Counted from the whole stretch's first letter, positions 1 to 13,389 are shown. The stretch is 63,586 bases of DNA, filler included, from Octopus bimaculoides (GCF_001194135.2; 5 parts of 4 records of this genome joined end to end with filler, not necessarily neighbours in it), one strand, 5' to 3'. The notes: generated from the letters alone by a model not told the origin. Numbers and translations are program-made.

Positions 1-389
1 TGTATCCTATCTAGTTCATTGACTTCTAAATACTTGTATGGTTGGCTTTCGTCTAGTTCTCTTATTTCATTGGCTTTATCTAGTGTTATATTGCTGCTTT
101 TAACTAATTTTCCTCTTTTCAGGGTTGCTTTGGCACATTTTTCTAATTCGAATTTCATATCTATTTCCTTGGTAAAGCCGTGTACTGTCTGTAGTAGTGT
201 TTCTAGCTCTTTGTCGTTTTTAGCATATAATTTTAGGTCATCCATATATAGAAGGTGGCTGACTGTTTTTCCGTAGCATTTGTAACCGCATCCAGTTCTA
301 TTTAGCAATTTTGTTAAAGGTGTGAGTGCCAGACAGAACAGGAGTGGAGAGAGCGTGTCTCCCTGGAATGTTCCTCTTCTAATGGGGAT
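1..389 (-). mobile_element. R4/Dong-type (R2 superfamily) non-LTR retrotransposon, RT fragment; 5' truncated and runs off the window edge
   Basis: Minus-strand translation IPIRRGTFQGDTLSPLLFCLALTPLTKLLNRTGCGYKCYGKTVSHLLYMDDLKLYAKNDKELETLLQTVHGFTKEIDMKFELEKCAK has the QGDxLSP and YMDD motifs (YMDD at ~237-248). The frame is open throughout. The 5' junction abuts an (ATT)n tract at 387-436. Confidence 0.9.
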
Positions 390-1151
390 TATTATCATTA
401 TTATTATTATTATTATTATCATTATTATTATTATTTAGAAACCGAAGAACAGTGAAGTTGACAGAATTATGAGAGCAGTGGGAAAATGCCTGGCGGTATT
501 CGTCCCTGCTCTTTACTTTCTTGCTGTAAAAATATATTATTGCCAGCATCACGTTTCATCCAATCTGGACTTCTAAGATATTATATACTAGACACTTAAT
601 TGAGTTAATTTAATACCCTGCACTCTCTTCAGGATCATATAACTTAGAGAGCAAAGCAGATATTTGCACTGTCGGTAAATGTCGGTTGGTGACATAAAAT
701 AAACCAATATGCTATTCTTGTTATCGGCGTAAGTGTACGTATGGTTATGCCGTTAGGTAACCACAGAGCAAAACGCAACATAATGTCGATTACATTAATG
801 TCTAATTGCGTGCGATGCATACCAATGTCGCATTTAATCCTCTTTGCACAATTCCACAATTCCACGGCGATTCTTTACGCTTTCATCACATTGCATGCTT
901 TATTTTATTAAGCCAACGATCTTTTGTTCGCTATTTACTTTATTACATAACTAGATACTTTCTTCCATTAATAATTTCATTTTCGTGACGAACATATTCA
1001 GTTTTTGTGTGAAGAAAAGTACTTACATACATTGTGGAAGAAATCACTATCACTTTCAACTTTGATCTACCAGCAGATAGCTAAACAGCAAACAAAGGAT
1101 TTCCGTTGTATAAATACATACGTATGTGAGCGTGTGTATGTGTACGTATAT

Positions 1152-1201
<50 letters not shown>

Positions 1202-4142
1202 ATATATATATATATATCTTTTATCACCTTCCAAACTTTGAAAATTTTAGCTCTACAAATTGTTTTCAGTTCGCATTGAAATAAATGTCCAGGGACAAAA
1301 GGTAGAAGTGTTCTTTTTACCAAATATTGTGTTTTCTTGGTGAGGTGGGAAGTGATTGCTTTATTTATTTTTGAAAGCTACAGGATAAATGGACCTACTA
1401 TGTTAAAATGATTCTTAAAATACATCGTTATTTATTCCAAATGATTCATAAACTTAATATATTTCAATAATTGTTCAAATCCATCCCTGAGAAAAGCAAA
1501 TTCTTTGTACAACAATTTTTTTTTCTCGCTTTGCATTGCATTTTTTCATTTAGACAAAAAATATAATGTATGAAGTGCTCAGTTCATCAAATGTTCAAGA
1601 AAGACCACACGAGGGACGTTTTGGCGCCCAGGAAGTAAAAGTTGCCGTTTGAATTCTACAACACTGTACAATACTGTTGAAAAATGTACAACACTGTTGA
1701 AAAATGTCATCCAAGTACTACCTCCCTATACGACACGAAGTTGTCCCTTAGACAATACACAATGCCATCCAAAAAACGATTATCCAGGGTCAAAAATCCA
1801 CCATTTGTTATTGAATGCATGCACACCATTTATAGAAGTAATACTGGTGGAGAATTCTCATCAAATTTTCTACCGAGCACAAGCATAGCAGACCAGATAC
1901 TGTTATTTTAGGATAGTTGAGAAAAAGTATGCAGCTCCAAAGAAGCTAGCTTCCCTACTGATGCGTATAACTATTCTAAAATCAAAAGGAAACGGTTAAC
2001 AGCAAACAGCTTTGAAGCATTTATCTTCTATACCTAGATCATAAATTCACATTTTCCCCAATAATAAATAGTGTACTTGGGTTTGTGAGTAGACGCTTAA
2101 GTGACAATCTGGATAAGCTGTGGTTTTCGAAAAAGAAATTTATCACCCCAACTTGCACATTACAAATACAATCTGTATGCAGAACAATAAAAGCATGCAA
2201 GACATTTTCATGTTCAAAATGTAACATTTTTTCATCATCCACAGTCCAACAATGGTGCTTTGTATCTTTATTAAAATACAGGTCTTTCCTTACAGATAGA
2301 AATCGAATTACTAAAAGTAGAAGAAAAGAAATCTTCGTGCGTGTGCACGTGTGTATGAATATGTATACATAATTGTATGTGTGCGTGCGGGTGTAGGTCT
2401 ATAGTTTTTTGGGGTTCCTGTATATAATTATTTTTACTGCATATTAGGTTTATAATTACGTCTATTTTCATTGGGTCTATATAAAAATGATTTCTATCTT
2501 TTGATAAATCAAAATATTGTGACTTTCAATGTTATATATTTTTAAAAATTGTGTTGTAAGTAGAAGTATCATCAATGCATATGAATGCAATTACGTAATA
2601 TATTCTTATATCCTTAAAGGTGATATACTGGATTTATGAGATCATAGACCCTAAGCAGGTATTCATGTTGTAGTAAAACTCTATTATTTGCAATAAACAT
2701 TATATGATTGGCACTCCTTTCATGGTTAAAACTGTGTGAGATTTAATATTCGCAATGTTTGCCTTACACATACGACGTGAAAACAATAGATTATATGACC
2801 AAAAATGTATTTGCTAAAAGATCTGAATTCGAGCGGCATCTGTTAGTTCCCGAAATTAATCTAAAAATTGCAATATATATCTCAGTTCAATAAATATTGA
2901 ATAACCAATCGAGTAATCAGTTATTTGTAGTACAGCTATTAGTTAAAACAATTAATTATGAATGACCCAATCTATCTGTCTTCAGGGTAAATTATCCGTA
3001 AGATTTTTAAAATATCAACCTTCTCAAACAGATTAATATTTCGTTAGGTATTCAAGAATGCTACCGGTCCTAAAATCTGAATTTATTCAAATAAATACAT
3101 CCTCTCTCATTTGCTTAAAGCTTGAGAAATATAATCGAATGTCTATCCAGTAAATTCGATCACCGGAAGCCTTTGATACATATGACTATACTTATGTCCC
3201 ATGTATTTACAATTATTTAGAGACGTCATGTGGTTATGGGAAAGTACTATAAAGGACATTATAATTTAAATAAAAAATTATGATAGTCTAGAAACGTAAT
3301 GTGAGTAACTTGTAGTGCTCCCATAACAAAGAAGAGATATTTTCGATATCTAGAATTTTATTCAAAGGTATTCGTGAAATGTATCATATGAGGAATTAAG
3401 TATTAAAGAAACCAGAACTTATTGTATATGCTGGAGAATGATTAGCTTGTAAGGCGGTTTTCTTTATTCAATCACTAATGTTGGAGTAATGTATGTAGCT
3501 TAGCATTAATCAGTTTCAAACACTTCTGAATTTATACGTAAAATTCTCTTTATTTCAAATCAGTCGATGTCCGATAAACTATAAATTTTATGATTATCAT
3601 TTAATCAGAATAGAAAATCATTAACCATCTTACGTTTTGCAGAACTTCGATAATAACCAAATGCTGGTTTCAACCGATTTTTCCATTCTTCTGGTGATAC
3701 TGAAATGATAATAATGGCCTCTTATAGAGATATGTGATGATAAGAGTCGTAAAAGAAGAAACTGACATCATTTGGTGAAGCTGTTTTTACGTTAAATTTA
3801 TTTTTATTTAAACAAGAAAATGTTCCAATAATGTTTCCAGTATAATTACTGTTCATTTAAGAGATAATTATAAACGATAATAATTATAATAAAATCATGC
3901 ACATTTGAGTGTTGATTTAGCAACAATGAATTATATTTATCGAGTGATATTTATAAAGCTCATAAATATCCCAATTCATTCAAAAACAGCAGAGACGGTT
4001 TGATACTTTTGGAATAATTTAGTAATTCAGGTAATGTAGAAAAGGGTTATTAAATAAATATTATCTATAAATAGAAAGCTACTTCACTGCATACTTTTTG
4101 GTTATCATTTTTCAATGCATTTCTCTTTATGTGACTCCTTGG

Positions 4143-4143
<1 letters not shown>

Positions 4144-4200
<57 letters not shown>
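4144..4200. repeat. (CA)n microsatellite
   Basis: Perfect CA run. Confidence 0.95.
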
Positions 4201-4205
<5 letters not shown>

Positions 4206-4806
4206 TGCAATAAAAAATGAGAAAACAAAAGACAATGATAAATGGTGGGGATGGGAGTGGGGATGATGCTTATTTGTCGTTTTTGATAACTGTTTCTTAT
4301 TTATTGTTGGTCTTCATGGTAGCAGTTCTGACGGTGACAAGAGTTTCTTGACAAAGAAGCAAACATTAAATCATACTGTGTTTTTTAACTTTCTGTTCAA
4401 AAATATATTTGTTGGACGTCAATTCCATAATACCTTCAAAACCATTGACCTAAGCTGACACTCAACCAATCTCATCAGTACGACAAATTATTTCACTTCT
4501 CATTGACCGTATATATGTATGTATATATGTGCGTGCGTGTGTGTGTGTGTGTGTGCGTGCGTGTGTATGTTCGTGTGTGCGTGCGTGTGTATGTGTGTGT
4601 GTATGTGTATGAGTGTGAGTGTGAGTGTGTGTGCGTGCTCGCGGTTATGTATGAGTATATGTCTTTATCATTTCCTTGGTATTTCCTTGTTTTTCTTTCC
4701 CCGCTTGCGATCTCAAATGACAACTTTCTCTTGCTCTCTCTTTCTCTCTCTTTCTCTTTCTCTCTCTCTCTCTCTCTTTCTCTCTTTCTCTCCTTCTATC
4801 TATATG

Positions 4807-6038
4807 TATAAGGTTGTTTCACAGGAAATGTATTTTAAATAGGTTTCTTATGAGTCATCTATAAATGGATTTTAAATGAGATTCTGTGTATATGCTTGTG
4901 TCTATTCTTAACTCTTTTTGTTTCTAGACAATGCTATTGTTCAAAATTGCTACCCACAGCTCTTATGACAATGTTGACAACTGAACAATACCGAGTGATT
5001 TTCTTGTACGAATATAAATTGGGTCACTCTGCCACCGAAGCTCTACGAAGCATCAAGCGGGCTTTTGGTAACAATTCTATTAAAATTAAAACTGCTCAGA
5101 GATGGTTTCAAAGATTTTGTTCAGGAAATGAAAGTCTTAAAATTGAACCAAGAAGGAGACCAAAATCATTTATTCAGCATGATGAATTGAATACTTTGGT
5201 TAAACGAAATCCGAGAGCAACGGTCTGAAAAATCGGATCAGAGTACCAGGTACTTCCCGCAACTACTTCTCGACACTTGAAGAAAATTAGAAAAGTAGAA
5301 AAGATGGATAGGTTTGTTCCGCATCAACGTAATGAGATTCAAAGAAACAGACACCTTAAAGTGTGTTCCGTGTTGATTTCTCGGTTGGATAGAGAACCAT
5401 TTTTGTATCGACTCATTGCGTGTGATGAGAAAAGGATTCTCTTTGATATCAACAGGAAGACAGGACAGTGGTTAGATGCAGAACAGTGACCAAAACATTA
5501 CCCAAAACCACCATTGCACCCTAGAGAACTTGATGGTCACTGTATGGTGGTCAACAAAAGGAGTTATTCATTATTCATTTTGTAACAAGGAAAAACTATA
5601 ACAGCAACATTCTATTGTCAGGAAATTGATTGTATGCATGAAAAAAGAAGCAACCCAGATTAGTGAATAGATATAGCCCAATTTTGCTTCTTGATAATAC
5701 ACGGCCTCACACTTCTCAAGCTACAGTCCACAAGTTGCAAAGCCTGAATTATGAAATTTTGGCATATCCTTGTTATTCTCCTGATATCTCTCATACTGAT
5801 TATCGCATATTTAAACACTTCGAGCTTGCTATACGCAATAAAATATTCTTAAATAAAGAATAGGTAATTGAAGCAATCAGTGTAAAAGATGACAAAGTCT
5901 TTGAAGACGGAATATATACCTTAGAGGAACGTTGGGTGAAGGTTATAAATGAACAAGGATCTTGATTAAATAAATAAATATTCTAAAACTTAAAAAAGCA
6001 ATTTTCAAATGCGACATTTCATGTGAGACAATCTATTA
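4807..6038 (+). mobile_element. Full-length (~1.23 kb) mariner (D,D34D) transposon with pseudogenised transposase
   Basis: Imperfect TIRs: TATAAGGTTGTTTCACAGGAAATGT (4807-4831) and ACATTTCATGTGAGACAATCTATTA (6014-6038). The transposase from ~4966 reads MTMLTTEQYRVIFLYEYKLGHSATEA...QRWFQRF (HTH), FVPH, ACDEK, MVTVWW, LLLDNTRPH and YSPDISHTDYRIF. It has several stops and frameshifts. Confidence 0.93.
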
Positions 6039-6129
6039 TCTCTTTCTACCAATTCATATGTCTTACCTGATTTTCATTGTCGTGTTCACCATCATTATAG
6101 CAACAATCAACAAAAGATCTTCGTATTCA

Positions 6130-8260
6130 CTAACGAAACTCATGGAAGTTCCGAATGTGTTCCTGGTATACAAGTTACTCGTTCGACGACTATCACTCTG
6201 CAGACAGAACAAAATCAGAATTTTAAAATTATATTGTTTGACTGGATATAGTTGATATCCAGATTTAAATACAATGTGCCTTTGAAATTCATTAACTTCT
6301 TCATTTTTAAAGAAATTGATGTCGTTTTTGTTGCTTTTGTTTATTGTATTGAAATTTAGAATGTCTTCCTCGGTAAAAGCTTAGTAAATAACATTTGAAT
6401 ATTGTTTAGTTAAAAGCTTTTCCTTTTTAAATTATATTTTATATTCTGCAAAAATTGTATAGCCAATGAAAATATTTACAGTTAAATTACTTTTCCATGC
6501 CCAGCTTCGTTAGTCAATGTTCTGTAATCATCATTGTGATATGTTCTTCTGACTGTGAGGTTGAATTCTCTTTGATTTGATCTGAAAATGTTCTCGTGTT
6601 TATTATCATGAAGCACACTCTGCTGATAGCAGCATATACGTCTATTTTTACCAATGGTGTCAAAATGAACGATAATTTTTATGCAAGCTTCTATTATCGA
6701 AAATATTATCTACGGTACGGACTACTGGGAGAATTTGCCGAAAATCTTTTACACCTTGTTCCTTAGCTCTTGAAATGTGAAACACAAGGCTTCGGGATGT
6801 CGTTGACACACACTAAGGTTAAGCATCATACAGGACCAATCGCATCATGAAGATTCATGGAACAGGTTGGTGGAGATTCTACCGAAATGGAAAACTGCCG
6901 GGAATAAAAACTCTGGACAAGCTTCAATACTGTAGCAACAGTGCCCGATGATGTTGTTACAAGTTCAATTCTGGATGTTCAGCATCTTTATCAAAATAAG
7001 CTTTGCCTTTATTTGACTGAGCTTGTACAATTACATTTTACAGGATGTCTTATCAAAATTTATTTGTTGATCAGGCATGTAAATCTAACATCTCCACGGA
7101 CACATTTTTGCTGAAGGACAAATTCGAAAAGTCTCCAATACGATTCACATAATCTAAGGTACGTGTCATCTTTATATTCAAACATTGGCTCTTGCTGATT
7201 TACATCACCGTTATCAAAGTGAGCTCGTTCTCTGTCTAGTAGGATTTTAGATTGGTCAAATGTTTTTAAATGCGTATTTATGTAGATATATGACAGTTTT
7301 AACAGACACTCGCCATTCAACATAGATATGGGCTTTGTAGTTTGGAGCAACTAAGATCGAAAGGAATTACGAGTCGATTTCTCATTCCGATGTTTCTGTT
7401 CCAGCGTGCAAAGATGTAGTATGACCTCGTTCAGTAGGAGGTCGCTGATGAAAGAGTCTATAACAGTTGTTATCACTTAACATTTGTGAATGTACTTTGT
7501 GGGCTTAATTCGTGCAGCAACTTTTATTTAGCATGCAAGGCTCACTTATGTTCTGCTCTCCACACGGTTTGTACTTCTGCGAGCAGACCTGTAGAATGGT
7601 CTGGCAGATGCAATCCTTGCAGGCGATGCTGATACGACTGGGGGACGATACCTACTCTCAAATACATTTATACAGGCAATTCGAGACATATGGCAAAGCA
7701 TACCAAGTTGGAATGGGTATCGGCAAACGGGGTGTGTGTGCAGCATTGGGAGGTTAATCAATATTCTCAGTTTCTTGCTGTATATTGTGGCTGTTTTCTA
7801 TTTTATAAAAAGAAGTTGATAATGCAGTAAACAACTTTTCTAGAATTCAGTATTACTCAAACGGGCCGTTAAATTTCTCAAAACGTCTAACGCGATATTG
7901 CGTAAAAGGCGTTGCTTCCTTATTTTGGAAACGAGTGCATTTATATCAGGACAAAGCTACGGCGATCTACTCTGTATCGAGTTCCCTTGTAATTTCTTCT
8001 CTTTTGCAGTTTTATATAGATCTGACAAGTAATGTTGATTTTCCAAATTTCCTTACGATACCCATTGCACAATGCTAGCACTTTGCCGTATGTCTCGAAC
8101 TACCTCTTTATGTATTTAGGAGTACGTAACGCCTTCTATTTCCGAGCAGCATCGCCTGCAAGAACGGCATCTGTCAGACCATTATACGGGTCTGTTTGTA
8201 GAGTATGTTGATTGTTTCGAATAAGTAAGCCTACAAACTAATCTTTGGCATATAGTTTTC
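6130..8260 (-). mobile_element. Helitron Rep/PIF1-helicase relic, fragmented
   Basis: Minus-strand pieces occur in Helitron order: NQHTLQTDPYNGLTDAVLAGDA (~8150-8220); ~PDI..VF and TEF*KSCLLHYQL resembling IEFQKRGLPHxH (~7820-7960); YKDDTYLRLCESYWRLFEF (7060-7350 ORF); TTSSGTVATVL resembling ASSGIAATLL (~6930-6965); and FKILI...TSNL(V)YQE, resembling the helicase C-terminus (~6150-6230). Confidence 0.75.
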
Positions 8261-9739
8261 GAGAAAAGAATTTGAAAAGTGGACATATATGATGCATTAT
8301 ATTATTCGATCCAGCTTTTTTTATATTCAGAGAAGAATAAAATTGACGCCATCATTTTTTCCGTAACTGCTTTGGTTTAGTGCATTGAGATTTCATCCAT
8401 CTAAGCTACAAGGGGGAAAGCATCGATTGCTCACAGGATCATAGCCGCTTCGATGAGAACCGATTAATATCTGATGATCTGTTGATTGTTCTCTACTCAA
8501 AACTTAATTACCAGCTTTCTACCAGTATGATGAGTTTAATATCATTATAAGGTATCTATACGAAAGCCTCATTGGATGTAGGCAGGTTATAACTTCTGAA
8601 CTATTTACCACCTGCTCTTTTGTCGGCATGCAATCTAATAGAAACGTTTTTTAGAATTATGTCAGCATCACTTTGTTCTTAAACAAACAGGAATGATTGC
8701 AGGTAATTATTAACTGAAAGCATAGAAAAATGAAGTGTATGGAAAATAAAAGCATCTTTATATTCTATTCTATTACTTAGAGCTACTGTCTACATAAGCT
8801 ATCACATTTGCTCTTCAGTGTCGTAAATGAAAGTTTACAGACACTAATAGCTCACCGATAACAGCGATTCCTGTTGCTTAAGTGAAAATGACTCGAGCAT
8901 CTGTTGCATCGTTTGTTATTACACATGGCAGTAGCAAAATTCAATTACCAAATGTTGCTTCTGAAATATTTTGCTTCTAGTATATCAAGTATGAACAATT
9001 GATGTAAACCACTAAGTAAATCTGGTACGTATCGAACACAAATGAAACTAAATTCACAAAAAATACCAAAATTAGGATATCCCAATCTTTCTTTGAGTGT
9101 GCTCTCACGTATACATTAGTGCATTACAATGATGGTATCACACGTCTATTCAACCACAATTAGACTGGTTGCATTTAGAGCTATTTCTAGTACACAAACT
9201 TTGTGATCCTGTCTTACAATATTCAACATTTCTCCTTGCCTGGTTTTACCATTAACATTATACTGATTTCGTATGTGTATTTCGTGTGCAAGATTCTTGA
9301 TGTGGATACGTGTGTTGAAAGAAATACAATTAAACCTTGGGAGAGGCATTATGCCGGTAATAAACACACGCACTGTTTCAGTCCTTTATTAATTTATATA
9401 GATTTTTGTTAAATTATTTCATTGCACTCTTGCAATCTCTTCAGTAACTTGTCTCTCCACTTCCATTTATTTTGAATGCATGATCTGGCGTTGTTTTGGC
9501 GTTGTTTTGAAACTGTTCGGTATGAGCATGTGAGTGTGTGCAAGCTCGTATGTGTGCACGCTCATATGTGTGCACGCACTTATGTGTTCGTGCTTATATG
9601 TAAGTATGTGCGTCCATATGTGTGTTTGTAACAATTTCGTTTATATCAGATCAGATACAGACTTTTTTTTTTAATTTAAATTTATTTATTTACGTTCATA
9701 TTCCGCATCATATGTGTGAACAACACATGCAACTATGGG

Positions 9740-10640
9740 CAATTGTAAGGTCCTCATCTACGTGTATTTGGTGTTCAAAATTGGTTGCGTTTCAGTTATG
9801 AGGACCGACTCCTGTATTTGCCGCAACGATGCGTCACCGGGATGTCTAGACAGGATTTCTATGCTAATTCTGTCCAGTACACCACCATGTTGTTCTTTGG
9901 CATGCTGGTAGAGCGCCGAGGTTTGTTTTTGATTATTATAGTCTCTCCAATGTTCGTTTACACGCTCAGCCAAACTTCTTGCCGTTTCACCTATGTATGT
10001 CGTGTTTCTGTTTTTACACTCACCATCCATACAGCTTAATTTGTAGACCACATTTCTGGCTTTGCAGTTGGCACCAGGACTATATTATACTGATTATTCC
10101 GAGTTATTTGGTGTTGTCCTTGTTTTAGAGAAAGGCATTGACGTGCCTGATGCTGCTTAGTGTTTCTTCGTGTTTTGAAATCTTTTCATGCTGGTCGTAA
10201 GAAAGTTATTGCCATACTGGTCTATGCTGCTCAGCACTTTGTGTTTACGTGCTTCCTCGCTGGTTTTCAGAAAAGTGTTATCGGCCTCTAAGTTTTTGAA
10301 CCTATTGACACAAAATGCATTGTCAGTGCGCTTGAGAGAATTGCTTTTGTGCCTGTTTATGTTGCGGGGTCTCGTAAGTACACTAACGCTGTTCATGATA
10401 ACCTTGTTCTCATGCCCTTCTATGTTGCGCAGTTTATTTAACAAAACCCATTCTCGCTGCTCTGATGGAAAGATTCTCATGTTTGATTTCATCGATCCGC
10501 ATTTGCTTTTGTTTCATTTATCCCTTTCTATCTTGTTCATTCCCCTCTGCTTGAATGCTGCCATAGTTTTTGCAACTTCTCGCCAATATACTTTGCGTTG
10601 TTTATTCATATTTGTTTATTTCGTAAGAAGAGTAGATAAA
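9740..10640 (-). mobile_element. Penelope-like element 3' fragment (linker + GIY-YIG endonuclease)
   Basis: Translation NCKARNVVYKLSCMDGECKNRNTTYIGETARSLAERVNEH...SALYQH...RQIQESVLI..QPILN (9758-10070) is a GIY-YIG domain with CxxxxC and His residues. The upstream frame 10157-10492 resembles the PLE RT-EN linker (MKRFQNTKKH). Confidence 0.85.
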
Positions 10641-12990
10641 TTATGAAATTTAAATATAAAAAGTTGCATATATTTCTAGCTTCATGAGGCATTGGTGCAG
10701 TTGTTTTTTTTTTTTTCTAATCTGATAAATTGATAATTAACAGGGGAGATTACATAGCAAAAAACTTTGAAAAATGAAGAATAGATTTAGAAACTGAAAT
10801 TGTCATAAAAACATTCTCTGAGCAACTCATCACTTTATCACGTATTAGCCAATCTGGTAGCCAATAGTTCTTCAAATTAGAAAACACTTACGGCAAGAAC
10901 GAATATACTGCCATATTTTCAACAAGGATAAAATTAAATTCACCGTCCTTTCCTTCACCCTTCACTCAAAATTTTGCTCCTTCAGCCTTTAATATTAGAA
11001 CTAAACTGAAACAAAACGCACCAAATAGCAATCGGAACTGCTTTCGTCTAAATGCTTTGTATACTTCCAATAATTATCGAAAATAGTAGTTTAAAAGATA
11101 CGGTATAAACTAACAGATCATCCAGAATTTATATAGATTTGGCATAGCCTCCGTTTAACCTGTGCTATTATGAGCAAGCCACACGTTTCGAAATCCTCTT
11201 GGAGGAATGGCAAAGTGGTTTTGGTGAGATCTGGCAACAAGAAAGCTAGGAATAGCTAATAGAACCTGAGATGGAATACAAGTGTGAAAATATAGTCGTA
11301 TCTGTGTAACAAATGATGTAGTAACTATACAGGCGAAAACATATAACCACTGCTCACCAAAGCAATAGTAATTAAGCGAACACATCAATGTCTGTGTGTT
11401 TGTGTATGTGTGCGTCTCTCTCGCTCCCTGTATATCTGTCTTTTTAGATATTTTCTCACTACATTTCTAGGTCCCACTTCGTCATATTTCTTTATTCTAT
11501 ATATATAGCATCGCTATTAATTATCATTATTATCTAGAAGAAATTTTATTTATAGTGTTACTATAAACTGTTATTATTTAGATATGTTTTATTTCTCTAT
11601 GCTATTTATGAAGATGATCGTCTTGACTCTCTTTCTAACAAGTATGATGTTCAAGTTTACCAGGCTAGGATATTTATTGTTTTACGAATTAACAAATATA
11701 TCATTCGAGTTATATACAGGAAAGTATCTTGAAGCAGGAAAAGATATTGACCCCTGAAAAGAAAATCAGAAACAAATTCAATTAATCGACTCCTGACAAA
11801 TTCTGAGATTCTGAAAACAAACTAGGGTCGAAAGTTTTTAGTCATTTGCTCTATATAAATGTAATGATGAAAAATTTTCTGAAGTCTTTGTTAATTAAGA
11901 TTCCTATAGACTATGTAAACATGAACTGTTGTCAACCTGATCAGCGAACATCCATCGTGGGCGTGACTTCGTACTAATGTTAAAAATGAAAATTTGAATG
12001 TTGTTAATGTAATAATCTCTGAGACATCTATACAGTTTTATGGCAAGGTGTTATATGTGGGTAATTTGTTAGCTATATCTAGAAGGTTGGAAAGATCATA
12101 AGAAATATTTTATCATTTCCTTTATTTATTTCTAAATATATGGATATAGAGATACAAACACACAGAGATACAAACAGGTATGCTCGAACTCCCACACACC
12201 CACACAAACACTCAGGCACATACATACATTCAAAAAAACTCAACCATACATCCATTTACATATATATGCATGTTTGTCAGTATTCGTATGAATGGGAGAC
12301 GGAGAAGAGAAGAGAATAATATTTGTAAAAGAATGTGAATCAGAAAGGAATCAGAAACATGCACAGAAAAATACAAGAAGAATCGATAGGACTAATAACG
12401 TATAGCCAATAATGAGTTAACATGGTATGATTTGATATAAATATGCAAATGAAGTATTGGTGATAGATATTCTAACAAAATAATTTATCACTACCAGTGT
12501 ATAATAAAATTAATACGTGAGTGCAATCCATCCTAAATCATTTAAAAGCAATTTTCCAACTCAATTTTTACTTCCTATTCAACCAAAACATAATAAATAA
12601 TAATTATGTATGTGAGAAATCAGGATGCTTGCATTAAGAATTCTATTACCTATTTGAACGTGACTAGAAAACCTTAAAGATGTCATCAATTACACTTTTA
12701 TTTAGGAATATCTGTAAACTCGTTTAAGCATTCATACTTGCTGAATGTTGAAAACCATTTACATGGAACGTTATTCGCTGAAACTATAAAAAATTGTTTT
12801 CAACTCGTGGAATTAAACCAATCCACTTTCTTTAACACCAATACATATTAATGTCCTGATCGTCTTTCTACAAACGAGTCTGTCAGGAAAGACATTTGAA
12901 TCGACAATCGTTGTATCTCAGTTTCTAAAATACATACATATAAAAATACATGTATCGATGTCTATAGCTATAGCTATATCTATCTATCTA

Positions 12991-13039
<49 letters not shown>

Positions 13040-13353
13040 ATATATANNNNNNNNNNNNNNNNNNNNNNNNNNNNNNNNNNNNNNNNNNNNNNNNNNNNNN
13101 NNNNNNNNNNNNNNNNNNNNNNNNNNNNNNNNNNNNNNNNNNNNNNNNNNNNNNNNNNNNNNNNNNNNNNNNNNNNNNNNNNNNNNNNNNNNNNNNNNNN
13201 NNNNNNNNNNNNNNNNNNNNNNNNNNNNNNNNNNNNNNNNNNNNNNNNNNNNNNNNNNNNNNNATATAAGGTTGAAAAGGAACACACGAGTTGATATGTA
13301 TGCAAAAAAAAGTCAAGGTAGAAAATGCTAAAATAATTTTATAAAAAACATTT

Positions 13354-13389
13354 CAGTACCGGTTTCAGTCATTGAGACTTTCTCAACTG
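13354..13389 (-). ncRNA. Minimal type I hammerhead ribozyme motif, U3:A8 core variant
   Basis: Minus strand reads CAG-TTGAGAA-AGTC-tcaat-GACT-GAAA-CCGG-TA-CTG. Stem I (3 bp) and stem II (4 bp) are intact, stem III is a loop-less palindrome (CCGG), and the cleavage triplet is GUA. Confidence 0.65.

Noticed and set aside
644-865. Hydrophobic ORF with FALWLP, faintly like GPCR TM6
   Set aside because: Only one weak motif, with no TM7 NPxxY and no neighbouring fragments.
1900-2275. hAT-like C-terminus (KRKRLTANSFEAF) and piggyBac-like Cys-rich stretch (CSKCNIF..CF)
   Set aside because: Too degenerate to call without a profile search; no TIRs found.
2620-2658. 39 bp plus-strand AG/GT-bounded open segment (VIYWIYEIIDPKQ)
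   Set aside because: Weak donor; it shows that such micro-exon patterns arise by chance on both strands.
9625-9665. CTGAT...GAAA near the end of the 9.7 kb PLE fragment
   Set aside because: The helices do not pair convincingly, so it is not called a hammerhead.
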